Shown here: piece after piece, positions 39,150 to 46,320 of the stretch | Layout: each line of letters starts with the position of its first letter | Position numbering within the stretch: position 1 is the stretch's first letter | Assembly (NCBI GenBank): GCA_964636405.1 | Contig: CAZWSI010000007.1 | Location: forward strand, 1,697-65,696 | DNA length: 64,000 nucleotides | Origin: an uncultured Oscillospiraceae bacterium | GTDB taxonomy: Bacteria; Bacillota; Clostridia; Christensenellales; CAG-138 | Reading direction: 5' to 3' | Made by a program: the position numbers and the translations under genes | The notes under the pieces: generated by a model | Told to the model about the DNA's origin: nothing | The model's input: only the letters and a program-made list of their open reading frames with translations | The model's database searches: none

Positions 39150-39180
39150 AAATGCACTTTCATGCAAGTACTGTGCATTT
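39150..39180 (-). terminator. hairpin downstream of the truncated XRE gene
   Basis: AAATGCAC / GTGCATTT 8-bp arms, 15-nt loop, T-rich tail on the minus strand. Confidence 0.45.
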
Positions 39181-39220
39181 GTTCGACCCCAATTTGAGAC
39201 GCTAGACGAACAGGGTGCCG

Positions 39221-39526
39221 TTACTCCTCTTTGCCAAGGGGTGACACGCCTACTGCCCGCAGATATTCGTTGCATTCATAGATCGAATTGTGTGTCATAG
39301 CACCGAGCAGTATTTGGTAAGCCAAGTGTTCCTCGGATTGGTTAAAGCATAACCCTGCCTTTCTGATTAGATCAGCTGCGAGAATCGGATGAAGCTTCAA
39401 TCCCACGCAAAGAGCAACGACCCTGGGTAGTGTGATGGCCGGGTATCCTCGCCTCTGTTCGTGCATATCACGAGGGACGGCACGGAACACAGGTGTGGGC
39501 AAACCGAGCTGCTTTTTCGGAGGCAA
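39221..39526 (-). pseudogene. C-terminal remnant of an XRE-type HTH regulator
   Basis: ITLPRVVALCVGLKLHPILAADLIRKAGL...YECNEYL resembles the second half of ~150-aa XRE-family proteins. The HTH-bearing N-terminus is missing and the 5' end abuts phage DNA. Confidence 0.4.
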
Positions 39527-39690
39527 CCGATCTGTTCCGGTTTCGGACGATTCCCGAACTGGAGGTAACCGAGGAGCATGTAATTGTCTGCGATACCGGA
39601 CGCTACCACATCATTTCGGCTGAAAACGTGCGTGATCGTGGCATGTATGTTGAAGTGCTTGCCAAACGAATCGAGGCTGCGCGTGGCTAG
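39493..39690 (+). pseudogene. C-terminal remnant of a phage head-closure / head-tail joining protein
   Basis: ...CDTGRYHIISAENVRDRGMYVEVLAKRIE resembles the C-terminus of head-closure proteins that precede HK97 gp10-like genes; the N-terminal part is absent. Confidence 0.4.
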
Positions 39691-40111
39691 AGTGACGATT
39701 TATCCCGGTAAGGATTTCTTGAAGAAACTGGAGCAGATGCAGGGCGATCTCGATCACGCGATCCCTACGGCTCTGGAGGAGGGCGGAAAACTGGTGCTTT
39801 CTAAGATGCATGGGAAATTGGCGTCTGTTGTTGGTAAGCACACGAAATGGCCGTCACAATCCAGCGGTAAGCTGCTCAAGGCACTGGGCCTTTCACCGGT
39901 GAAAATGAACGATACCGGCAATTTTGATGTGAAGGTTGGTTTCTCCGAGGGGCGGCCACGCAAGAGCAACGCTATGCTTGCCAACATCCTCGAATACGGA
40001 AAGCACGGACAGCCGCCTAAACCCTTCCTAGCGCCCACGAAGTCGCAAGCAAAACAGCCGTGCCTCGATGCGATGGAAGCGGCGTTGAAGAGGGAGTTGG
40101 GTATTAAATGA
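39683..40111 (+). CDS. HK97 gp10-family phage head-tail protein
   Basis: ANILEYGKHGQPPKPFLAPT motif typical of the HK97 gp10 family; GTG 39683 after GAGG. Confidence 0.7.
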   Translation: MARVTIYPGKDFLKKLEQMQGDLDHAIPTALEEGGKLVLSKMHGKLASVVGKHTKWPSQSSGKLLKALGLSPVKMNDTGNFDVKVGFSEGRPRKSNAMLANILEYGKHGQPPKPFLAPTKSQAKQPCLDAMEAALKRELGIK

Positions 40112-40464
40112 GCGTTCTGTCTGACTTAAAGGGGATCGTGACGGCGGCTGGGTTACCTGTGGAAACGGGCAAGTTCAGCGGGAAGGCTCCGGATGAATAT
40201 GCCGTGATCACGCCGCTTTCTGAGCAGTTTGCGCTGCATGCGGATAATGCGCCGGGGATCAACATTGAGGAGTACCGACTCTCCCTGTTTTCCAAGAGTA
40301 ATTACAACGTAAAGAAATGGCGGTTGGTACGGGCGTTATTGAGCGCTGATTTTACGATTACCGACCGCCAATATCTGCTGCCGGACGATATGTACGAACA
40401 GGACTCCGGCTATCACCACTACGCCATAGATGTGGCGAAAGCCTATGAACTGGAGGAGGAATAA
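40108..40464 (+). CDS. phage tail completion / tail terminator-like protein
   Basis: Position between gp10-like and major tail genes, ATGA overlap with gp10; assigned by synteny only. Confidence 0.45.
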   Translation: MSVLSDLKGIVTAAGLPVETGKFSGKAPDEYAVITPLSEQFALHADNAPGINIEEYRLSLFSKSNYNVKKWRLVRALLSADFTITDRQYLLPDDMYEQDSGYHHYAIDVAKAYELEEE

Positions 40465-40467
40465 AAT

Positions 40468-41343
40468 ATGGCTACAATCGGCCTTGATAAAATGTATTTT
40501 GCTCCAATTACGGAGGATGCGAATGGCAACGAAACCTACGGAACACCGGAGAAGCTGGCAAAAGCCATGACCGTCGAGATGGAGATCGAGGTGCTGGAGG
40601 CAACGCTGTATGCCGATGACGGCCCGGCGGAGAATGTTAAGGAGTTTGGCACCGGTAAGATCACACTGGGTGTGGATGACATCGGCATCAATGCTGCTGA
40701 AAAGCTCACTGGCGCACAGATCGACGAAAACCATGTGGTGATCTCTCAGAGCGAGGGCGGCGGTAAGCCGGTTGCACTGGGTTTTCGGGCTAAGAAGAGC
40801 AACGGCACTTATCGCTACTACTGGCTCTATCGGGTCGTCTTTGGTATTCCCGCAACGAACCTGACCACCAAGGGTGAGGAGATTACGTTCTCCACACCGA
40901 CCATTGAGGGTACGATCCTGCGTCGAAACAAGCTGGATGGCAACAGTCGGCATCCGTGGAAATCGGAGGTCAACGAGGATGATGTTACGGTTCCTCGCAG
41001 CGTGATCACCGGCTGGTATTCGCAGGTGTATGAACCCACGTTTGCAGCACCGGTGACGCTGTCGATTACTGCACAGCCGCAGGATGCGGAGGTGACAGAG
41101 GGCGCGATCACGGGTTCTATTGCGGTCACAGCCGCTGCTACCGGTGCAGTTCCGACCTATCAATGGTATCGGAATCAGACCGATAGCAATGTAGGTGGCA
41201 CAGCGGAACAGGGCGCGACGAATGCGAGTATGGCGATTCCCGTTGATCTCACATCCGGCGCGTACTATTTCTACTGTGTTGTAACGGCCGGGACGCAGAC
41301 ATTAGCGTCTGATCCTTGCACGATCACTGTGGCAGCTGGCTAA
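40468..41343 (+). CDS. phage major tail protein (phi13-like) with a C-terminal Ig-like decoration domain
   Basis: MATIGLDKMYFAPITEDANGNETYGTPEKLAKA N-terminus typical of phi13-family major tail proteins; C-terminal ...PTYQWYRNQ...YYFYCVV Ig-like segment. Confidence 0.8.
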   Translation: MATIGLDKMYFAPITEDANGNETYGTPEKLAKAMTVEMEIEVLEATLYADDGPAENVKEFGTGKITLGVDDIGINAAEKLTGAQIDENHVVISQSEGGGKPVALGFRAKKSNGTYRYYWLYRVVFGIPATNLTTKGEEITFSTPTIEGTILRRNKLDGNSRHPWKSEVNEDDVTVPRSVITGWYSQVYEPTFAAPVTLSITAQPQDAEVTEGAITGSIAVTAAATGAVPTYQWYRNQTDSNVGGTAEQGATNASMAIPVDLTSGAYYFYCVVTAGTQTLASDPCTITVAAG

Positions 41344-41354
41344 AGGAGGCAACT

Positions 41355-41771
41355 ATGTTGGATCAAGACAGATGCGCTGATATCACCATCGGCGGTCAGA
41401 CCTATCACATGGTGCTAACAACGCTTGCTACCAAGGAAATCAGCAAGCGATATGGCGGGTTGGAACAGCTCGGTAATAAGCTGCTTATGACGGAGAATTT
41501 CGAACTGGCGCTGGATGAAGTGGTGTTTCTGATCACGCTTTTGTGTAATCAGGGCATTATGATCGAGAACCTCGAAAACCCGACGGCTCCCCGTGGGCTT
41601 CTCACGGAACAAATGGTGGAACTGTTGACTACGCCAACAGACCTCATGCTTTGTAAGGATGCGATCATTGCAGCGATGCTGAAGGGCACGAAACGCTTTG
41701 TGGAGAGCGAATCGGGTAAAACAAAAAACGTGTTGGACGGGCAGACGACGGAGAGTCCTTTGCCCGATTGA
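41355..41771 (+). CDS. phage tail assembly chaperone (G-like, zero-frame product)
   Basis: AAAGGAGG RBS, position after the major tail gene, slippery site near the 3' end. Confidence 0.7.
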   Translation: MLDQDRCADITIGGQTYHMVLTTLATKEISKRYGGLEQLGNKLLMTENFELALDEVVFLITLLCNQGIMIENLENPTAPRGLLTEQMVELLTTPTDLMLCKDAIIAAMLKGTKRFVESESGKTKNVLDGQTTESPLPD

Positions 41772-41932
41772 TCTTTATCGGGGTTTCGCTGCTAGGCCGG
41801 GAGGAGCGTACTGTTTGGCTTATGCCGATTGGTGCGCTCCTCGATCAGTGGGAAGCCTACAAGCATTTCCACGGGATCGCCAAGCAGAAAGTCGTTCTGG
41901 CCATTGATGAATTGATCCCCAGCGGGATATAG
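41355..41932 (+). CDS. tail assembly chaperone GT-like frameshift fusion (join 41355..41729, 41729..41932)
   Basis: The -1 frame extension encodes ...LGREERTVWLMPIGALLDQWEAYKHFHG..., resembling T-segments of siphovirus chaperones. Confidence 0.55.
41723..41729 (+). promoter_or_regulatory. -1 programmed ribosomal frameshift slippery heptamer A_AAA_AAC
   Basis: Zero-frame codons ACA AAA AAC put the heptamer in the X_XXY_YYZ phase. The -1 frame is open from here to TAG 41930-41932. Confidence 0.6.
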
Positions 41933-41937
41933 ACGTC

Positions 41938-42180
41938 CTACTGGATGATCGCCTCAAGGTTTTCAAACAACGGGGAGTCAAAGAACTCCCGCATGGAAAT
42001 GTCCAGAGCATCGCAGATTTTCTGTAATGAAATGACACCGGGGTTCTGGCTCTTGGTGTTTAGCATGCTATAGATTGTCGAGGAAGACATGCCCGCAAGA
42101 TTGGCAAGTGCATTGACGGTCAGCTTCTCCTTCTTGCACAGTTCGGCGATTCTTGCTGCGACAGCGCCTTTTGCATCCAT
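41938..42180 (-). CDS. XRE-family HTH transcriptional regulator (80 aa)
   Basis: IAELCKKEKLTVNALANLAGMSSSTIYSMLN HTH; GGGAGGA RBS. Confidence 0.8.
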   Translation of the reverse strand: MDAKGAVAARIAELCKKEKLTVNALANLAGMSSSTIYSMLNTKSQNPGVISLQKICDALDISMREFFDSPLFENLEAIIQ

Positions 42181-42196
42181 ACAAACATCCTCCCAC

Positions 42197-42297
42197 TTGC
42201 GATATATCGCAACTAAAGTGTACGGAAAGCACGGTTTTCATGTTCGGGATATATCCCGAAACGCGAAAACTGTGTTACACTTATAGCGATATATCGC
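42197..42297. promoter_or_regulatory. divergent promoter/operator region with three GATATATC-core palindromes
   Basis: Perfect palindromes TTGCGATATATCGCAA (42197-42212), TTCGGGATATATCCCGAA (42243-42260) and GCGATATATCGC (42286-42297); TACACT -10-like hexamers on both strands. Confidence 0.55.
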
Positions 42298-42315
42298 AAA
42301 CTTGGAGGTGCAAGC

Positions 42316-42561
42316 TTGGTAAAACAGCTGGATGATTTGGAAATACAGCGCGTGATTCGGAAGACGGCCGCAGAGACCGGTTCAACGCCACAGCAGGTGC
42401 GCCGAAATACTGAGGAAATGCTGGCAGAGAGCCGCGCTTGCACTGATCCCAAGGCGAAGGCCGCATGGGCAGAAATCCCTTGTAACGGTGATGTTCCAAC
42501 GTTGGAAGAGGTGTTCCGTTATCTCGCGGAACGAATCGATAAGCAGATGAGCTACAAGTAA
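42316..42561 (+). CDS. 81-aa hypothetical protein divergent from the XRE gene (Cro-like position)
   Basis: GGAGG 6 nt before TTG 42316; followed by a strong terminator; no firm family assignment. Confidence 0.45.
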   Translation: MVKQLDDLEIQRVIRKTAAETGSTPQQVRRNTEEMLAESRACTDPKAKAAWAEIPCNGDVPTLEEVFRYLAERIDKQMSYK

Positions 42562-42590
42562 GCGAAACCAAATACCGAGAATTTACATAA

Positions 42591-42617
42591 GCGTCCCTTC
42601 GGGGGCGTTTTTCTTTT
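42591..42617 (+). terminator. rho-independent terminator (UUCG tetraloop)
   Basis: GCGTCCC-TTCG-GGGGCGT stem-loop with two G-U pairs, followed by TTTTTCTTTT. Confidence 0.7.
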
Positions 42618-42641
42618 GCGCTTCGGAAGGGGGTGTAGGAT

Positions 42642-43028
42642 ATGGCTTCTGACTTTGGCCTGAAAATCGGGCTGGAGGGTGAGCGCGAGTTCAAAACGGC
42701 ATTGAAGGAAATCAACCAGCAAATGAAGCTGCTGGGGTCGGAAATGAAGCTCGTGCAGTCTCAGTTTGGGAAAAACGAGAAAAGCGCTTCCTCGCTTACC
42801 GCACAGAACAAGGTGCTGACTAAGCAAATCGAAGAGCAGAAAACGAAGATCGAAATGCTCCGCACGGCTATGGTTACGCCAATGTCGATAGGGTCTATTT
42901 TGCCGTCTCCGTTCCAATCGATCATTTCGGTAAAGCCTCCTTGTTGCAGAACTTTAGAAATGCCGCCTTTGCTTTGTTCAGCGAACAGATCACGGCATCG
43001 ATGCTTTCCACATTCGAAAAAGACATAA
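42642..43028 (+). pseudogene. N-terminal remnant (~76 codons) of a phage tail tape measure protein
   Basis: MASDFGLKIGLEGEREFKTALKEINQQMKLLGSEMKLVQSQFG... is typical of tape-measure N-termini; the coiled-coil character is lost after about nt 42870. Confidence 0.5.
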
Positions 43029-43215
43029 TAGCGGGTGCCCGTGCAAAACGCGCATCGTCCATTTCGCGACCGTCACGGCTTTCCCAAACGCCGATTTTGC
43101 GAGGGGCGGGCGCGTTTTCTAACACGAGTATGCTGTGGTCATCGTCATAGGCAACGTGGAGATCAACATCTCCCTGCCCAAACTCCAGCCATGTTTGACC
43201 TTGTGTATGGATCAT
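42922..43215 (-). CDS. 97-aa hypothetical protein (last gene of the repressor operon)
   Basis: 10-bp gap to the upstream ORF; no known motif. Confidence 0.4.
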   Translation of the reverse strand: MIHTQGQTWLEFGQGDVDLHVAYDDDHSILVLENAPAPRKIGVWESRDGREMDDARFARAPAIMSFSNVESIDAVICSLNKAKAAFLKFCNKEALPK

Positions 43216-43225
43216 AGTAACTCCT

Positions 43226-43498
43226 TTAGGCTACTTTCGCTTCAACGAACCAGCGACCGATGGTATTCCCACAGATATTGGTGCTGCGCTCGAAATACAG
43301 ATACCGCTGCTGGCCGTTGACAGTGATGGTGTATCGATCACCTTGCCCGCCAACCTTCATAGCGGCAGCTTGCCGAATATCCGATACCCGGTCGATTTCA
43401 TAGCTGCGGCCATCTTCCCACACGATCTTTTCTGGGATCAGCTTTCCGGAGGAATCAAAACGTGCGTGTACTTCAACATAGGTCTTTACAATCTTCAT
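43226..43498 (-). CDS. 90-aa hypothetical protein
   Basis: 22-bp gap to the upstream ORF; beta-rich (KIVWEDGRSYEIDRV...GRWFVE); no family name assigned. Confidence 0.45.
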   Translation of the reverse strand: MKIVKTYVEVHARFDSSGKLIPEKIVWEDGRSYEIDRVSDIRQAAAMKVGGQGDRYTITVNGQQRYLYFERSTNICGNTIGRWFVEAKVA

Positions 43499-43520
43499 AT
43501 TCGTTCCCTCACGTTACTGG

Positions 43521-43748
43521 TTATAAGCCTTCGTCAACAGGTAGGATCGTCCGGTTCATTTGCTCACAGGGGCGGAGCCAGCCCTTGTTTACAAGGTTAT
43601 GGATATGGACATGAATGGTGGATGCGGAATGTAGGCCAATACCGTCAGCGATCTCACGCATACTGGGAGAGAAACGCTTTTCCTTCCGGTATTCGAGTAT
43701 ATAGTCATACACATCTTGCTCACGTTTTGTCATTTCGATTCTCTCCAT
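43521..43748 (-). CDS. stand-alone LexA-type winged-helix DNA-binding domain protein (no S24 domain)
   Basis: TKREQDVYDYILEYRKEKRFSPSMREIADGIGLHSASTIHVHIHNLVNKGWL aligns by eye with the LexA N-terminal domain; GGAAAGGAG RBS before ATG 43748. Confidence 0.65.
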   Translation of the reverse strand: MERIEMTKREQDVYDYILEYRKEKRFSPSMREIADGIGLHSASTIHVHIHNLVNKGWLRPCEQMNRTILPVDEGL

Positions 43749-43819
43749 AAAGCGCTCCTTTCCGAACAGCATACGCCATTTCTACCATTATGCTATTTCA
43801 CCTGTCCCATATACAGGTC

Positions 43820-44548
43820 TTAGCGAGGATACACGACTCTGCCGTAAATCTTCGTCTCGTTGTATTCCGTAATCGGAATGGGTTTGTACTTCGTATTGTG
43901 CGAAACAAGGAATGTGCCGTCTTCCGTGCGGCGAAACTCTTTGACAAAAGCATTCCCGTCAAGGAAGAAGATGCCGATCTCGCCATTTTCAAGCGTGGGC
44001 TGCATTCGTACCCAGATTTCCTGACCGTCCTCCAGCGTCGGCTCCATTGAATCGCCGCAGACATGAAGACCAAAGGTAGCGCACTCTGGCACATCGTCGG
44101 GGACTTCGACCATTTCATAGGAATCGCTGTCAAGGAATTGCCCAGTACCGGCCGCAGCGCCAATATCGAACATGGGGGCGGTACGCTTTCGCAAAGGTGC
44201 GACATTGTCTCTGATCTTAACCGGGGCGTATAGACCGCTTGCGATCAGCAGCTTCTTGTATTCCGCCAGCTTCTCAGCGCCTTCATGATTGAGCGAGTAT
44301 TCCAATTCGGACAGATCGCCGGTACCGAATATGCTGTAAACATCTTTTATCCCGTAGATATGGCATAGCCCTACAAACTGGTCAATAGCCGGATTGTTAA
44401 GCCCGGTCTCCCAACGGCTTACCTGTGCTTTGGTGGTTGGCATACCCAGTTCATTCAACCTTGCAGCTATGTCCTGCTGCAAAAAGCCATGGCTTTTTCG
44501 CAGCATTCGGAGGACGTCACTGTACTTTTTGTCCATCGCGTCATCCAC
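43820..44548 (-). CDS. XRE HTH + S24 peptidase repressor (phage CI / LexA-like)
   Basis: N-terminal HTH (GFLQQDIAARLNELGMPTTKAQVSRWETG); C-terminal S24 Ser/Lys dyad (VCGDSMEPTL ... FVKEF). Confidence 0.85.
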   Translation of the reverse strand: MDDAMDKKYSDVLRMLRKSHGFLQQDIAARLNELGMPTTKAQVSRWETGLNNPAIDQFVGLCHIYGIKDVYSIFGTGDLSELEYSLNHEGAEKLAEYKKLLIASGLYAPVKIRDNVAPLRKRTAPMFDIGAAAGTGQFLDSDSYEMVEVPDDVPECATFGLHVCGDSMEPTLEDGQEIWVRMQPTLENGEIGIFFLDGNAFVKEFRRTEDGTFLVSHNTKYKPIPITEYNETKIYGRVVYPR

Positions 44549-44606
44549 CTCCTATGGCTGCATTCTACTATGGCCGAAACAAGTTTGCAATAGAAAATCG
44601 CAAAAA

Positions 44607-44620
44607 CGAACACTTGTTGC
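44607..44620. promoter_or_regulatory. Cheo-box-like (Firmicutes LexA) operator candidate
   Basis: CGAACACTTGTTGC versus consensus CGAAC-N4-GTTCG, in the divergent region between the repressor and the polymerase fragment. Confidence 0.4.
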
Positions 44621-44673
44621 ATTACAAAAACTAGAAAAACGTGTTTTAATGTGCGTGAAAGGGGGGACATGGT

Positions 44674-45264
44674 ATGAGAGCGATATTGCACAGCGACTTG
44701 AATTGCTTTTATGCGTCAGTGGAGATGATGCTCGATCCCTCCTTGCGTGGAAAGGCGGTAGCGGTCTGCGGTTCTACCGAGAATCGGCACGGTATTGTGC
44801 TGGCAAAATCACAGCTTGCAAAACAGGCGGGCGTCAAAACCGGTATGGCAAACTGGGAGGCACGGGAAGCCTGTCCCGGGTTGATCGTCGTACCGCCGCA
44901 GTACGATCAGTACCTGAAGTATTCGGCACTTACCCGCGAGATCTATTATCGGTATACGGATTTGGTCGAACCTTACGGCATGGACGAGTGTTGGATCGAC
45001 GTCACAGGATCGCAGCGTGCTTACGGAACGGCGATGGAAATTGCGGAAGAAATCCGAAAAGCCACGCGGGAGGAGCTTGGGCTGACGGTCAGCATTGGTG
45101 TGAGCTTCAATAAGATTTTTGCCAAATTAGGCTCGGATATGAAGAAGCCTGACGCGATCACGGAGATCACGCCGGAGAACTTCCGTGAGAAGGTATGGCC
45201 GTTGCCAGCGTCAGACTTATTGTACCCTTCGAAATCAAAGATGCCGCCGCCGCGGTTTCGATAA
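44674..45264 (+). pseudogene. Y-family DNA polymerase (DinB/UvrX-like), N-terminal ~183 codons only
   Basis: ILHSDLNCFYASVE, MDECWIDVT, SIGVSFNKIFAKLGSDMKKPD and VWPLPASDLLY match the palm/fingers; homology stops near 45224 and a stop follows at 45264. Confidence 0.8.
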
Positions 45265-45734
45265 GGGCAGCAGCGCCGAAGCATTTTGCGACAGAGATTA
45301 TTCCGCAGATGCTGGTGCCCCAGAAGGAGGCAGATGTATATCCGGCTGTTATGCGCTTGATAGAAGATGATCATGATATGGCTGTGAAAACGAAGAAAGA
45401 ACTGCGGGGACTGCTTGAAGAAGGGAAAAAGGCTGATTTCCTAGCTCAATCATTTTTATATGCTATCACCAAAGACAACCGGGCACCGGCTTCCGAGCCG
45501 CCCACGCTGAGTGATAACCTTGCAAACTTACAGTCAATTCTTTCGAAGCTGTCCAAGCCTGTGGCTTTGGTGCCACCTGATGAATTGATGTCGCATGAGA
45601 TGATTTATGTGCAGGCGTTACCCAGTATCTGCATTCACTTGCGGTATCAGCATGAATGCCCTCCCTTCTGCACTGAAAGCGCGTTTCATAAGCGATCACC
45701 TCCTTCCCGGCGTATGATAGCGCATATTGGATAG
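45195..45734 (+). pseudogene. orphan ORF, probably a fragment of an unrelated gene joined to the polymerase remnant
   Basis: Open frame without a convincing RBS; the internal segment MAVKTKKELRGLLEEGKKADFLAQSFLYAI looks protein-like, but its ends are low-complexity. Confidence 0.25.
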
Positions 45735-45748
45735 ATGCGCAGCATATT

Positions 45749-45766
45749 TTCGGGATATATCGTGAA
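45749..45766. promoter_or_regulatory. fourth, imperfect copy of the GATATATC-core operator
   Basis: TTCGGGATATATCGTGAA differs at 2 positions from the palindrome at 42243-42260. Confidence 0.4.
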
Positions 45767-45987
45767 CACGTTTGCGGCATTAGCAATTCTGGGTTTCAAA
45801 TAGTGCAAAAGAGGTGTATAGGCAAGTAAAGAAACAGTATATAAATACATGGTATTCGTGGTAATCAATAACGCAAAAATTGGCTGTAGGTGTTGTGGTA
45901 AACCAAAAACAACACACACACTTACATATTGCATATTGGCGTATAGCGTGCTAGTCTGTGCATATAGAAACGAAAGGGGGAGCGACA

Positions 45988-46254
45988 ATGACCGGAAGTT
46001 TTGAACGGATTTGGCAAGCAATACTCGCACATGAGGGAGAGACGTTTTACACCCTTGGCCGTAGACTGGAGTTCACCTATCAGGTGTTTCCCGATGAAAT
46101 TGTTTGCAGTCGTGCGAAAACTTGGAGACTGACCAAGAGCAACTTTGAAAAGGCATACGAGTGCATCGACACAGTAACCGCGACGGAGTTCAGCAAGACA
46201 ATAATGGGATCATCGTATGTGAAAGCCATTTTGAAAGATTCCCGGATTTACTGA
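45988..46254 (+). CDS. 88-aa hypothetical protein
   Basis: AAAGGGGGAG RBS before ATG 45988 (MTGSFERIWQAIL...); followed by a terminator. Confidence 0.5.
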   Translation: MTGSFERIWQAILAHEGETFYTLGRRLEFTYQVFPDEIVCSRAKTWRLTKSNFEKAYECIDTVTATEFSKTIMGSSYVKAILKDSRIY

Positions 46255-46291
46255 TTCAGCTTGCCTCTAACATAGATAGTCCTACCTTGGA

Positions 46292-46320
46292 AAAGGCTCT
46301 CAACGACGAGGGCCTTTTTC
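46292..46320 (+). terminator. rho-independent terminator
   Basis: AAAGGCTCTC / GAGGGCCTTT stem (one G-U pair), 6-nt loop, T-run. Confidence 0.65.

Noticed and set aside
41698-41907. 69-aa ORF in the +1 frame after the tail chaperone
   Set aside because: The translation is Arg/Cys-rich. The -1 frame instead gives a T-like chaperone segment and is reached through a correctly phased A_AAA_AAC heptamer.
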